A stretch of DNA of 64,000 nucleotides from positions 1-64,000 of IMG/VR virus record IMGVR_UViG_3300048927_000250; one strand, 5' to 3'. Below, piece after piece: positions 10,088 to 17,345 of the stretch. Under the pieces are notes generated by a model. It was not told where the DNA came from. It was given only the letters and a program-made list of their open reading frames with translations, and searched no databases. Position 1 is the first letter of the stretch. Each line of letters opens with the position of its first letter. A program made the position numbers and the translations under genes.

Positions 10088-10366
10088 TTAAACGGATAGG
10101 AATTGCTTTGAAGAATCGCGCAGGGCCAGAACGTTAAAGTGACCGCTGCTAATTGTGTTAATGATGAAGAACGCATCCTCAGGCTCCTCTATTATTTTAT
10201 CGCAGTAACGTCTCGGAGTACGGCGAGTGAATCGTGCTTTCATGGAGCGCGCGCACTTCTTTATTTTCCGAGCATTACCATTATTAAAATGATAACAGAG
10301 GGTGATGGTTGAGAGGAAATCAATTATCTCTTCCACTTCCTGATAGTCAAAGTTATTCACAGACAT
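10088..10366 (-). CDS. Hypothetical protein (AT-rich)
   Basis: 92-aa ORF in operon orientation; no recognised motif. Confidence 0.55.
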   Translation of the reverse strand: MSVNNFDYQEVEEIIDFLSTITLCYHFNNGNARKIKKCARSMKARFTRRTPRRYCDKIIEEPEDAFFIINTISSGHFNVLALRDSSKQFLSV

Positions 10367-10431
10367 GAGTACCGCACTTAAAAAATGATTGGGTTAGGGA
10401 ATTGAGTTCCCGATGGGACGGATAAAGGCGG

Positions 10432-10677
10432 TTACCACCGCCGTTTCTTACCCGGAAGATTCCAGCTGGTACCGTTCGAACGGTTAGGGTTTCCGCGCAG
10501 TAGCGCCACCCGTAGGTTGAACATGGGGTCCTTTTTAGCCTGTTCCTCCAGTTTTTGCTGGCGCACATAACGCTGCACTAACTGGTTCGCCACCTGCTTT
10601 ACCTTGTCGCTCACCGGGTCTGGACCCTTCTCAGTGGTGAGGGTGGTAAGTGGTAAATGCTCTTCTTTATTTTCCAT
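10432..10677 (-). CDS. Hypothetical protein with NxxGTxxxP-basic C-tail (copy 4)
   Basis: ATG at 10677 with AAGGGG SD; ends NRSNGTSWNLPGKKRRW. Confidence 0.65.
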   Translation of the reverse strand: MENKEEHLPLTTLTTEKGPDPVSDKVKQVANQLVQRYVRQQKLEEQAKKDPMFNLRVALLRGNPNRSNGTSWNLPGKKRRW

Positions 10678-10951
10678 GTTTACGGTGCCCCTTCTTGCGG
10701 TCTGGTACCGGGTAGGCGAATGTCCCATCCGGATTCGTTTGATAATGACGCCGGGAGTTCTGCGGCATCTTGTCTTTTTTACCTAACCATACAAAGCTCA
10801 TCTTTTCCTCCTTCGATTGCTTTTCTTCAATAGCCGAGATAAGTTCAATAACCTCCGACATCGACATATATTCGATGGCGTCGAGTATCAGTTTCTTATC
10901 GACGACCGAACTTTTGTTTTGCTCGTGGGAAGACCATCGTCCCTTTGGCAT
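10667..10951 (-). CDS. Protein with ribosomal bL12 N-terminal-domain-like segment plus NxxGTxxxP-basic C-tail (copy 3); possible 44-aa short isoform from ATG 10801
   Basis: DKKLILDAIEYMSMSEVIELISAIEEK aligns to E. coli L7/L12 [33 protein letters not shown] SD before 10951 and AAGGAGG SD before 10801. Confidence 0.6.
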   Translation of the reverse strand: MPKGRWSSHEQNKSSVVDKKLILDAIEYMSMSEVIELISAIEEKQSKEEKMSFVWLGKKDKMPQNSRRHYQTNPDGTFAYPVPDRKKGHRKHGK

Positions 10952-11771
10952 TGGTAACCAACTCCTTGCGTTGTTTGCCGTTCACCGTGATGTCACCATT
11001 GACCCGTTGACGCGCTGAACCGAAGGTGTTAAGTAGACTACGGCAACCAGGACTGGAACCGAAGGGGTCAGGGATATCCAACGTTACCGCCTTCACCCCA
11101 CCGTCAAGTTTATCAAGCGAGCGCTTTAGACGCGCACTTGGTTCGTTGGGTCTAATCTCGTTCAGGTACTGACATTGAACGTCCCGGTCAATGGGGTCCA
11201 GTGGCAGGTCGACGTCACGCAACCAGTTAGGTAAAGAGTCAATCTCAACGTTCAGTGCATCGGGGTGACCCTGACGACTTTTCACAACGCCGTACGAGAC
11301 AACCTGTCCGTCAATCATACGCGGCGAGATACTGATTTCGACGTCGGCTTCTTTACGACCCAAGCCTAACTCGTCAAATTCTTTATTCCAGTCTGTCGGG
11401 GTCGGTGCCCGCATCGTAAGAACCTTGAAGCCCGCCGGTTCATTGGCCATCCGTGCTTTAATGCGGTCAAAGAGTTCCTGACCATGGTGATGTTTAGCGG
11501 CGATGTCAGGGTAGTCTGGCATCCGTTCGGCCATCTCAGCCATCATGCGAATCTTCTCTTCACTAAGATGCGGCGCAATCATTTTCAGGAATTGGGCGAA
11601 GTTAGGAATCTGACCGTTGGGGAACAGTGCTGCGTTGGCGGAGACCTTACTGCCATCGAGAGCCCGCTCTAGCGCCGCTTCTATTGCGTCGGGCGAGTAG
11701 CTTACCCCATTGCGATTAGGAACGTTGAGTGAACCAATATTCAACGATACGCCTTTATCTTTCTTTTCCAT
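10896..11771 (-). CDS. Hypothetical protein with NxxGTxxxP-basic C-tail (copy 2)
   Basis: 291-aa ORF ending ELVTNAKGTMVFPRAKQKFGRR. Confidence 0.7.
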   Translation of the reverse strand: MEKKDKGVSLNIGSLNVPNRNGVSYSPDAIEAALERALDGSKVSANAALFPNGQIPNFAQFLKMIAPHLSEEKIRMMAEMAERMPDYPDIAAKHHHGQELFDRIKARMANEPAGFKVLTMRAPTPTDWNKEFDELGLGRKEADVEISISPRMIDGQVVSYGVVKSRQGHPDALNVEIDSLPNWLRDVDLPLDPIDRDVQCQYLNEIRPNEPSARLKRSLDKLDGGVKAVTLDIPDPFGSSPGCRSLLNTFGSARQRVNGDITVNGKQRKELVTNAKGTMVFPRAKQKFGRR

Positions 11772-12127
11772 TATCTTCTTCCTCTGCGTTGTTTGGGTGC
11801 AGGCCAGGCCATAGTCCCGGCGTTGTTCATCATCAGTTCGCGACGGCCATCACTACGTAAACGCTTACCTTCTACCGGCGAACCTAGTTCAGCAATACAG
11901 TCTAAGTTCTCGACCTTGCTGCGTAAACCCCGGGCATACTCCTCAGTATTGGGGAAGAGCCCTTGACTGTGACGCAGTTCCCTGAGCAACGCCCCACCAA
12001 TACTCCCCATCCCAGCCCCAAGAACGACCACCTTCCGTTCCTTAGGGTCAATAACGAATGGGCCTTTCTCCCCGTTTTTAATCGCATCTTTTAACGGGTC
12101 GAGCCAATTCTCTTCTTCGTCCATCAT
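11771..12127 (-). CDS. Hypothetical protein with NxxGTxxxP-basic C-tail (copy 1)
   Basis: GGAGG SD; ends ELMMNNAGTMAWPAPKQRRGRR. Confidence 0.7.
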   Translation of the reverse strand: MMDEEENWLDPLKDAIKNGEKGPFVIDPKERKVVVLGAGMGSIGGALLRELRHSQGLFPNTEEYARGLRSKVENLDCIAELGSPVEGKRLRSDGRRELMMNNAGTMAWPAPKQRRGRR

Positions 12128-12201
12128 TCCTCCAATGAAAATAAAAAAGACAGCCGAGGCAGAGTAGCCCGAAGGCCACCCTACCTACGACCATTCTTCA
12201 C

Positions 12202-12636
12202 TTAGCGCGCGGCCCAGGTACGCTCAACACGACCACGGTTGCGCATGACACGGTCTTCTTGCTCCAGGTCCACGACGCGGCGGCGACGAGAGACATCGGC
12301 AAAGACTTCCGTTGCCACTTCAGGGTCCAGTCGATATTGGTCGACTAAACCGGTAACGGCTTCCAGCTCTGGGTTAGTGTTATCCGCTAACGCGTTCGTC
12401 CGGTGGTCGTCAATCCTTGAGGTGATTTCTTCAAGGTCATGACGGTCCAGAAAACGTTGAGCCTGGCGATGGATTTGAATATCCCTTACGTTGCCGGGGA
12501 CAGATGGTTCGTTGAAAGTTTCGATAACCGCTTTGACGTCATCAACTGGTACACCTTCGTAGGCCGAAATCATGTCATCGGTGAACCCACGTTCATGTGC
12601 AGTTAGGACGCGCTCAGTAATGCTGTTCATTGACAT
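12202..12636 (-). CDS. Hypothetical protein
   Basis: AAGGAG SD, protein-like composition, TATG-type motif upstream. Confidence 0.65.
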   Translation of the reverse strand: MSMNSITERVLTAHERGFTDDMISAYEGVPVDDVKAVIETFNEPSVPGNVRDIQIHRQAQRFLDRHDLEEITSRIDDHRTNALADNTNPELEAVTGLVDQYRLDPEVATEVFADVSRRRRVVDLEQEDRVMRNRGRVERTWAAR

Positions 12637-12912
12637 TGTCGAGACTCCTTAATACAGTGATTGAGTTCATATCCGTATTGGGTGCAGGTGAATAGAGTTT
12701 TAGCTTCCACTTAACTACATAAGTCCAATCGACTCCGTAAAAAATGACTTTAAGGAGTGCAGTGTACGTTTCCCACGGATATGGTGATAAATAACAACGG
12801 TGGTGACAGTGTCAAACATCCCGTGTTAATCATGGTGGTCTTTCCTTTTGTTCGTAACGAATTGAATTAGTAACGTCGCCCGTGTGTCCGGGCGTCCGTT
12901 TAATACGTCTTA

Positions 12913-13335
12913 CTACGACAGGGCTATACCGCCAATTGTCACGTCAGTAAACAACTGACGCTTATCGTCCGGGTAGTGCGCCTCCAAGATGGGGCCGAGA
13001 TACCCGAACAGTGCACAAAGGGTCTTTGCGTGGAACGCTATTTGGTAGCGCTCGTGCAACTTGTAGCCCAGAATGCTACACCCTTCTTGCAAACTATACT
13101 GTCCCCGATAGCACTGACACCAGGTTACCGCGGTAGTAATCCAGTTTGTGTTATCAATGGACAGAATGGGGTTGCCGAGGAGTGGTTTTAACACTCGCGC
13201 GGCAATGACCAGGTCAGGGGAGACAACTCCACCGACCCGTTCGGTAACCAGAGCCAATGGCTCCGGTAGTAGGACTGATAATGGCATCAGGAAATCGTCA
13301 AGCTGGTCATCACTTGACTGCGGGGTAAGAATCAT
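12913..13335 (-). CDS. Hypothetical protein
   Basis: GGAGG SD; ATGA-coupled to the upstream 50-aa ORF. Confidence 0.6.
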   Translation of the reverse strand: MILTPQSSDDQLDDFLMPLSVLLPEPLALVTERVGGVVSPDLVIAARVLKPLLGNPILSIDNTNWITTAVTWCQCYRGQYSLQEGCSILGYKLHERYQIAFHAKTLCALFGYLGPILEAHYPDDKRQLFTDVTIGGIALS

Positions 13336-13484
13336 GCAGCCTCCGCTGGTTTACTGGCTAACGCACCCGGTGGCAATTGCACCATCACGGGACCTTGGTC
13401 GGTCGGTAAACACGCCCAGGGTTTGTTCAGTATTACACCGAACAGAAAGGGTTTCTTCAGGACTTGCGGGACTGCGTTACTCAT
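13332..13484 (-). CDS. Unannotated 50-aa microprotein (MSNAVPQVLKKPFLFGVILNKPW...SKPAEAA)
   Basis: Manual translation; AAGGA SD; fills the gap between 13486..14061 and 12913..13335 with start/stop coupling. Confidence 0.6.
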   Translation of the reverse strand: MSNAVPQVLKKPFLFGVILNKPWACLPTDQGPVMVQLPPGALASKPAEAA

Positions 13485-13485
13485 C

Positions 13486-14061
13486 TTACTTTCCTTCGGT
13501 CAGTTGACTTATCATGATTTCCCTGATAACCCGACGAACCACCTTGAGGAATTCCAAAAACACCTCTTGGTCGAGCAGTGGGTTTTCAACGATTGTTTGG
13601 TATCCCCCGTCGGTGAACGTGCCAACGAGAGTGCCGAGTGTTCCGTAATCACCGGGAACAAAGACGGCAAAACCATCTCCACCATCTGGCGTAACGTAAT
13701 AGACGGCGATGTACACCGCGCCCGCCGTAAACACACGAACAATTGTCGCGTTTAATGATGTCAGGTAGTCTGGACGTATATCTACCTTCCCCTGAAACTC
13801 ACTTAAGTTCTTCTTCAGAATGTCGCGAGCAGTGAACGGGGAGATGAGCGCATGGCGAAGGTCATCTCGCCACGGGCTTACCCAGTTCAGGATTCCGGAC
13901 AACAACGTGTGCGAGTTGCGACCACGATGACCGCAATGCCTGCAACGTATCCGGAACTCACCTTGTTTGTACGAACCCAGGATTTGCAAGTTGGTCGAAT
14001 TGCAGTCCGGGCACGGCGTTAAGGTGAATTGACTAGGCGCTACTTTACGTCGAATTAACAT
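13486..14061 (-). CDS. Lar (restriction alleviation)-like Zn-binding domain fused to an unknown C-terminal domain
   Basis: LTPCPDC....RIRCRHCGHRG.......ILNW fits the Lar_restr_allev pattern. Confidence 0.55.
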   Translation of the reverse strand: MLIRRKVAPSQFTLTPCPDCNSTNLQILGSYKQGEFRIRCRHCGHRGRNSHTLLSGILNWVSPWRDDLRHALISPFTARDILKKNLSEFQGKVDIRPDYLTSLNATIVRVFTAGAVYIAVYYVTPDGGDGFAVFVPGDYGTLGTLVGTFTDGGYQTIVENPLLDQEVFLEFLKVVRRVIREIMISQLTEGK

Positions 14062-14097
14062 GTTGTACCTGCTCCTATTAACTTAGCAGTCACTACG

Positions 14098-14105
14098 GTA
14101 ATATA
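14098..14105 (-). promoter_or_regulatory. phiKZ-type early promoter TATATTAC
   Basis: - strand TTTTAAGAAC-TATATTAC upstream of the Lar-like gene; matches the phiKZ early consensus. Confidence 0.7.
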
Positions 14106-14162
14106 GTTCTTAAAATTGTTACGGGAGCCTCCGTGCCCCCGAACCACCGTAGTGTTACATGC

Positions 14163-14333
14163 TTAGATTTTGCAGGCACCACCCTCGCATTCATCGTCGC
14201 CAGGTTTGTACTCAACTTCCGGCGGACGGTCAGCTACTGCATCTGCATGGGCAGCCGCTTGCTCCAGGACCTCGTCCGGGAGGTTAAACTCACCGTCAAA
14301 CAAATCGTCATCTTTTTTGGCAGGTGTAGACAT
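14163..14333 (-). CDS. Unannotated 56-aa acidic microprotein ending in an NrdA-like CxxxxC redox tail
   Basis: Manual translation MSTPAKKDDDLFDGEFNLPDEVLEQAAAHADAVADRPPEVEYKPGDDECEGGACKI; E. coli NrdA ends DDGCESGACKI. Confidence 0.8.
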   Translation of the reverse strand: MSTPAKKDDDLFDGEFNLPDEVLEQAAAHADAVADRPPEVEYKPGDDECEGGACKI

Positions 14334-14399
14334 AAGCCTTTTCTCTTCTGTGGTTATTCATCTAATAACAGGTCGACGTAAAAAAGGAATGAAATTTAA

Positions 14400-14912
14400 T
14401 CAACGTGCTTCCCCTTTCGGAGCGCGGATAATCTCAAACCCTGATTTATCAACGAACTGCGTGTATAGCGGGGATGCCGTTCCCATCACCAGATTTCGCT
14501 GGCTACGCAGGTGACTGTCCCCGACAATGAGCGCGACACGGCCTTTCGGGGCGTACTCGTTCAATGTTCTTACCATCTGGTGCTCACGGATGTTGAAACT
14601 GTATCGACAATCCAGGTAGCGACCGTCTGGCCACTTCCTATCCCGCTCGTAGGTCTTGTCATCCCAGTTGTCAATCCCAATGACCGGAATCCCCAACTCG
14701 ATACCCAACTTAAACGAACGGTCACTGATGCTGTACATCTGCCCTTTGATGGCTTGCTGTAAGGCTAACTTGCTCAGGTAGCGATACGGACCCGCCTCTT
14801 CGGTCAGAAGGTACTTAAACGGAGCTTCACGGTGAGCTTGCCGTATTAACCGTTCAATACGGTCGCGGTCATCTCGAGTGTGCATTTCCCCGTACAGAAT
14901 GTGGTTTGACAT
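14400..14912 (-). CDS. EreA/ChaN/TraB(TIKI)-superfamily hydrolase-like protein
   Basis: GExH, LxEE, GID, RExxM and VGxxH motifs in the order seen in that superfamily; GGAG SD before ATG 14912. Confidence 0.55.
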   Translation of the reverse strand: MSNHILYGEMHTRDDRDRIERLIRQAHREAPFKYLLTEEAGPYRYLSKLALQQAIKGQMYSISDRSFKLGIELGIPVIGIDNWDDKTYERDRKWPDGRYLDCRYSFNIREHQMVRTLNEYAPKGRVALIVGDSHLRSQRNLVMGTASPLYTQFVDKSGFEIIRAPKGEAR

Positions 14913-15044
14913 GGCAAACTCCAGCGTAGTGAATGAGTACATATGGAACAGCTTAACCGTACCTTTTAACGAAGCGTTAGTTGGCCGAGTTTGTGGTGAT
15001 TTCGCCACCTAGTTGTGAGTAACCGCAACTAAAGGAAGCTAGAG

Positions 15045-15419
15045 ATGCCCCAGTACTCATTGCCAAATCCATCTATCACCTTCCTTTACGATAAGGAAAT
15101 GGTGCGCCTCAACGACACCTACGCCACACCGGAAATGATTGTACCAGCCGACTTCGAGTCAGATGGTAACAGCGCTCCTTGGTTTGCACGGGTCGTCTTC
15201 CCACGCTTTGGCCGTGACCTGCCTGCGTGTATTGTGCATGACTATTGCTACGGTGGCGCAATGCCGCGCAAGCAAGCGGACAAACTGCTCAAAAAGAACA
15301 TGAAGCGCTTAGGCTTCAAATGGTGGAAGTACCAGGTGATGTACTGGTCGGTTCGCATCGGCGGCCACTCCCACTATCAGCGTCGCCAAGTCGAGACCGG
15401 AAGAATGGCGGCCGTTTGA
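15045..15419 (+). CDS. DUF1353-family protein
   Basis: VPADFESDGxSxP....HDYxY...RKxAD....M..LG......MY..VR.GG pattern. Confidence 0.8.
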   Translation: MPQYSLPNPSITFLYDKEMVRLNDTYATPEMIVPADFESDGNSAPWFARVVFPRFGRDLPACIVHDYCYGGAMPRKQADKLLKKNMKRLGFKWWKYQVMYWSVRIGGHSHYQRRQVETGRMAAV

Positions 15420-15421
15420 CC

Positions 15422-15456
15422 AAAAAAAAAAGAGGGGGCGTCAGCTCCCTCTTTTA
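15422..15456. terminator. Bidirectional terminator
   Basis: A run, AAAAGAGGGGGC-GTCA-GCTCCCTCTTTT. Confidence 0.75.
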
Positions 15457-15462
15457 TGCTGC

Positions 15463-15693
15463 CTATTCGAGCACCCGGTCAAGGGCGTACTCGAAGGCAT
15501 CGCTGATGGTACGGTTCATCCCGTCAATGCGGGACATGTTGGCTATGAACGCTTCGGTAGTTTGCTTACCGTCTACCGTATCGAGGACATTGCGTTCGAA
15601 TGCTTTCGATACCCCGATAGAGGCATCCTGGAGTTCCCGCACGGTTAACTTCGCGTAGTTCACCCCATCGTAATACAACTCGGTTCCACTCAT
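15463..15693 (-). CDS. Hypothetical protein (paralog of 63010..63507 N-half)
   Basis: GGAGG SD; YxxLTVxEL-x15-LxTxxG shared with the 63010 ORF. Confidence 0.6.
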   Translation of the reverse strand: MSGTELYYDGVNYAKLTVRELQDASIGVSKAFERNVLDTVDGKQTTEAFIANMSRIDGMNRTISDAFEYALDRVLE

Positions 15694-15899
15694 GATTGCG
15701 CCCTCCGAAAAGCATCCTTTGCTCGGCTACTACGACCGACCGGGTCACAGTCCTCTTCCCCGACCATCTCTTCAACCCCCGCGTCCCGGTTTTCTTGTTC
15801 AGCATAACGCTGTGCCTTCTGGGTCTTCATTCGCTCGAAGTCTTCGCGGATTTTAACTTCATCTAAATTGTCAACAATGCTTTTTGCGAATCCTAACAT
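15690..15899 (-). CDS. Hypothetical charged protein
   Basis: Preceded by the TAAACTACGGAG leader motif. Confidence 0.6.
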   Translation of the reverse strand: MLGFAKSIVDNLDEVKIREDFERMKTQKAQRYAEQENRDAGVEEMVGEEDCDPVGRSSRAKDAFRRAQS

Positions 15900-15907
15900 G
15901 ATTCAAT

Positions 15908-15920
15908 CTCCGTAGTTTAA
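15908..15920 (-). promoter_or_regulatory. TAAA(A)CTACGGAG promoter/SD motif, copy 1 of 4
   Basis: Repeated at 61108, 62988 and 63516; resembles the phiKZ middle-promoter AAanntTAC fused to a GGAG SD. Confidence 0.6.
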
Positions 15921-15984
15921 TCAATAAGTTAAGGGGTTTAGTACCCTATGTCACCAAGAGAATATATACCTGAAACCCAGTTAG

Positions 15985-16015
15985 ACAGCATACACGGGAG
16001 GGCGCACCCTCCCGT
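15985..16015. repeat. 31-nt hairpin element repeated at 39064..39094
   Basis: ACAGCATACACGGGAGGGCG(C/A)ACCCTCCCGT, one mismatch between copies. Confidence 0.85.
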
Positions 16016-16020
16016 GACTT

Positions 16021-16332
16021 TTATGCTTTCTTGCTACGGTCCAGATAGGCTTTGATGCCCCAACACTTGTTGCGTGCCTTCATGAACGCGCCACGGATAC
16101 CGTCAGCATCAGTGTACATCGCATCATTCCGGGGACGAGCGTCGTCGGTTTCACTGTGCCCGTTATCCAGCGTCAGCGTACAACTGATGAGGGTAGTACC
16201 TGGCCAACGGAAGAACGCAGCCTGCTTAATCAACGTGTCCACATCGAAGTGAATCAGGTCGGGATAAGCGGCAAAGACGTGTTCTACATTGACTGGGGTA
16301 CCGTCGAGAGGGATGTTCATCTTCTGTTCCAT
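16021..16332 (-). CDS. Phage Gp49/Sf6 gp66-family-like protein
   Basis: GTTLxxCxLTLxNG.S.......G...A..KA.NK.W....YL pattern. Confidence 0.6.
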   Translation of the reverse strand: MEQKMNIPLDGTPVNVEHVFAAYPDLIHFDVDTLIKQAAFFRWPGTTLISCTLTLDNGHSETDDARPRNDAMYTDADGIRGAFMKARNKCWGIKAYLDRSKKA

Positions 16333-16850
16333 TAGAGTTGACTCAGGTTGATGGTGGACTCTTTAACATAGAAGATGCGGATTTGCCATTGGTGAACATC
16401 AGCACGCAGGTTGGGGTCGTACTTCTCGTAACGGAGATTCACAGCCGCATTACCCCGCTGACTACCGTTCACCCTGATAGTTCCGTGAACTCCCGGTAAC
16501 TCCACCTCACCCTGGAACTTACGTAAGAACGAATCGGTGAACAGAATGTCCGTGTCTTCTTTAGGTACCCAGTGCTGACCGTTGGTGAACAACACCGACA
16601 CCAGTACCGCGCGGGTGACTTTAAGGTCCCCGTCAACATAATCGTTGAGGCGGTAGATTCGTTCAGGCGAAAGGTTGACACAATGGTTCCCTTCCGTCGT
16701 GGATTGTTTTAACGGTTCCACATTGACCGGAAATGTTTCCGTAGAGAGTTGCGCAATCTGTTGAGCCTTCTCATAATCGGACGCCAACTCACCTGCGAGA
16801 ATCTCTCGAACAGCCCCAAGGAATTGAGTTGCTGTTTCACCTGCTGACAT
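16332..16850 (-). CDS. Hypothetical protein
   Basis: AAGGA SD, stop/start coupled to the next gene. Confidence 0.6.
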   Translation of the reverse strand: MSAGETATQFLGAVREILAGELASDYEKAQQIAQLSTETFPVNVEPLKQSTTEGNHCVNLSPERIYRLNDYVDGDLKVTRAVLVSVLFTNGQHWVPKEDTDILFTDSFLRKFQGEVELPGVHGTIRVNGSQRGNAAVNLRYEKYDPNLRADVHQWQIRIFYVKESTINLSQL

Positions 16851-17026
16851 ACGTTATCCTTTTCAACTGATAGCTTCAAACGGGTTACCCACGGGCGAAT
16901 AGAGTTACAGGAATCGCACTCGTAGGAGATTTGGTTGTAAAGTCCCCAATGGACCTTACGGATTTTATCCGACCGACATCCACAACAACGGTAGCGAATC
17001 TTCCCACCTTTACTTAGCACGTGCAT
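16709..17026 (-). CDS. Possible small Zn-ribbon protein
   Basis: CCGC...CDSC pairs and GGAGG SD, but overlaps 16332..16850 by about 140 nt. Confidence 0.35.
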   Translation of the reverse strand: MHVLSKGGKIRYRCCGCRSDKIRKVHWGLYNQISYECDSCNSIRPWVTRLKLSVEKDNVCQQVKQQLNSLGLFERFSQVSWRPIMRRLNRLRNSLRKHFRSMWNR

Positions 17027-17345
17027 CCCTCCGCTCTTTACGGATGGTCAGAAGCTTGAGGAACTTCTCCTCGACCTCGGTCGATTTCACTTCCATTCTG
17101 GCGACTACCGCGTTCAGCCCTTCGAGCATGACATGGTATCGGGGGTGACATTTATTCAACTCGCGCATCTTCGCCCGTATTTCAACGGCACGTTCATTGA
17201 AGCGTAACAACGTACGGGAAGCGATGACCATTGCTTCATCAGACCATTCGTCTCGTGACATCAATGCCTGGGTCAACATCTCCAGACTGATATCTACGTG
17301 CTCAATGCGCCCGTAACGAGTAGGAAAATTGGATTTAGTAGTCAC
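17010..17345 (-). CDS. Hypothetical helical protein
   Basis: In-operon ORF. Confidence 0.55.
   Translation of the reverse strand: MTTKSNFPTRYGRIEHVDISLEMLTQALMSRDEWSDEAMVIASRTLLRFNERAVEIRAKMRELNKCHPRYHVMLEGLNAVVARMEVKSTEVEEKFLKLLTIRKERRDARAK

Noticed and set aside
11690-11745. LNVPNRNGVSYS motif resembling the N-terminus of T4 gp21-type prohead proteases
   Set aside because: No downstream GELxHP or catalytic Ser motif, so it cannot be called a protease; at most a relic fragment.
11990-12035. VVVLGAGMGSIG Rossmann-like motif in 11771..12127
   Set aside because: The protein is too short and lacks the rest of a dinucleotide-binding fold.
12750-12833. 27-aa ORF (MINTGCL...) with an AAGGA SD
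   Set aside because: Too short and featureless to support without expression or conservation data.
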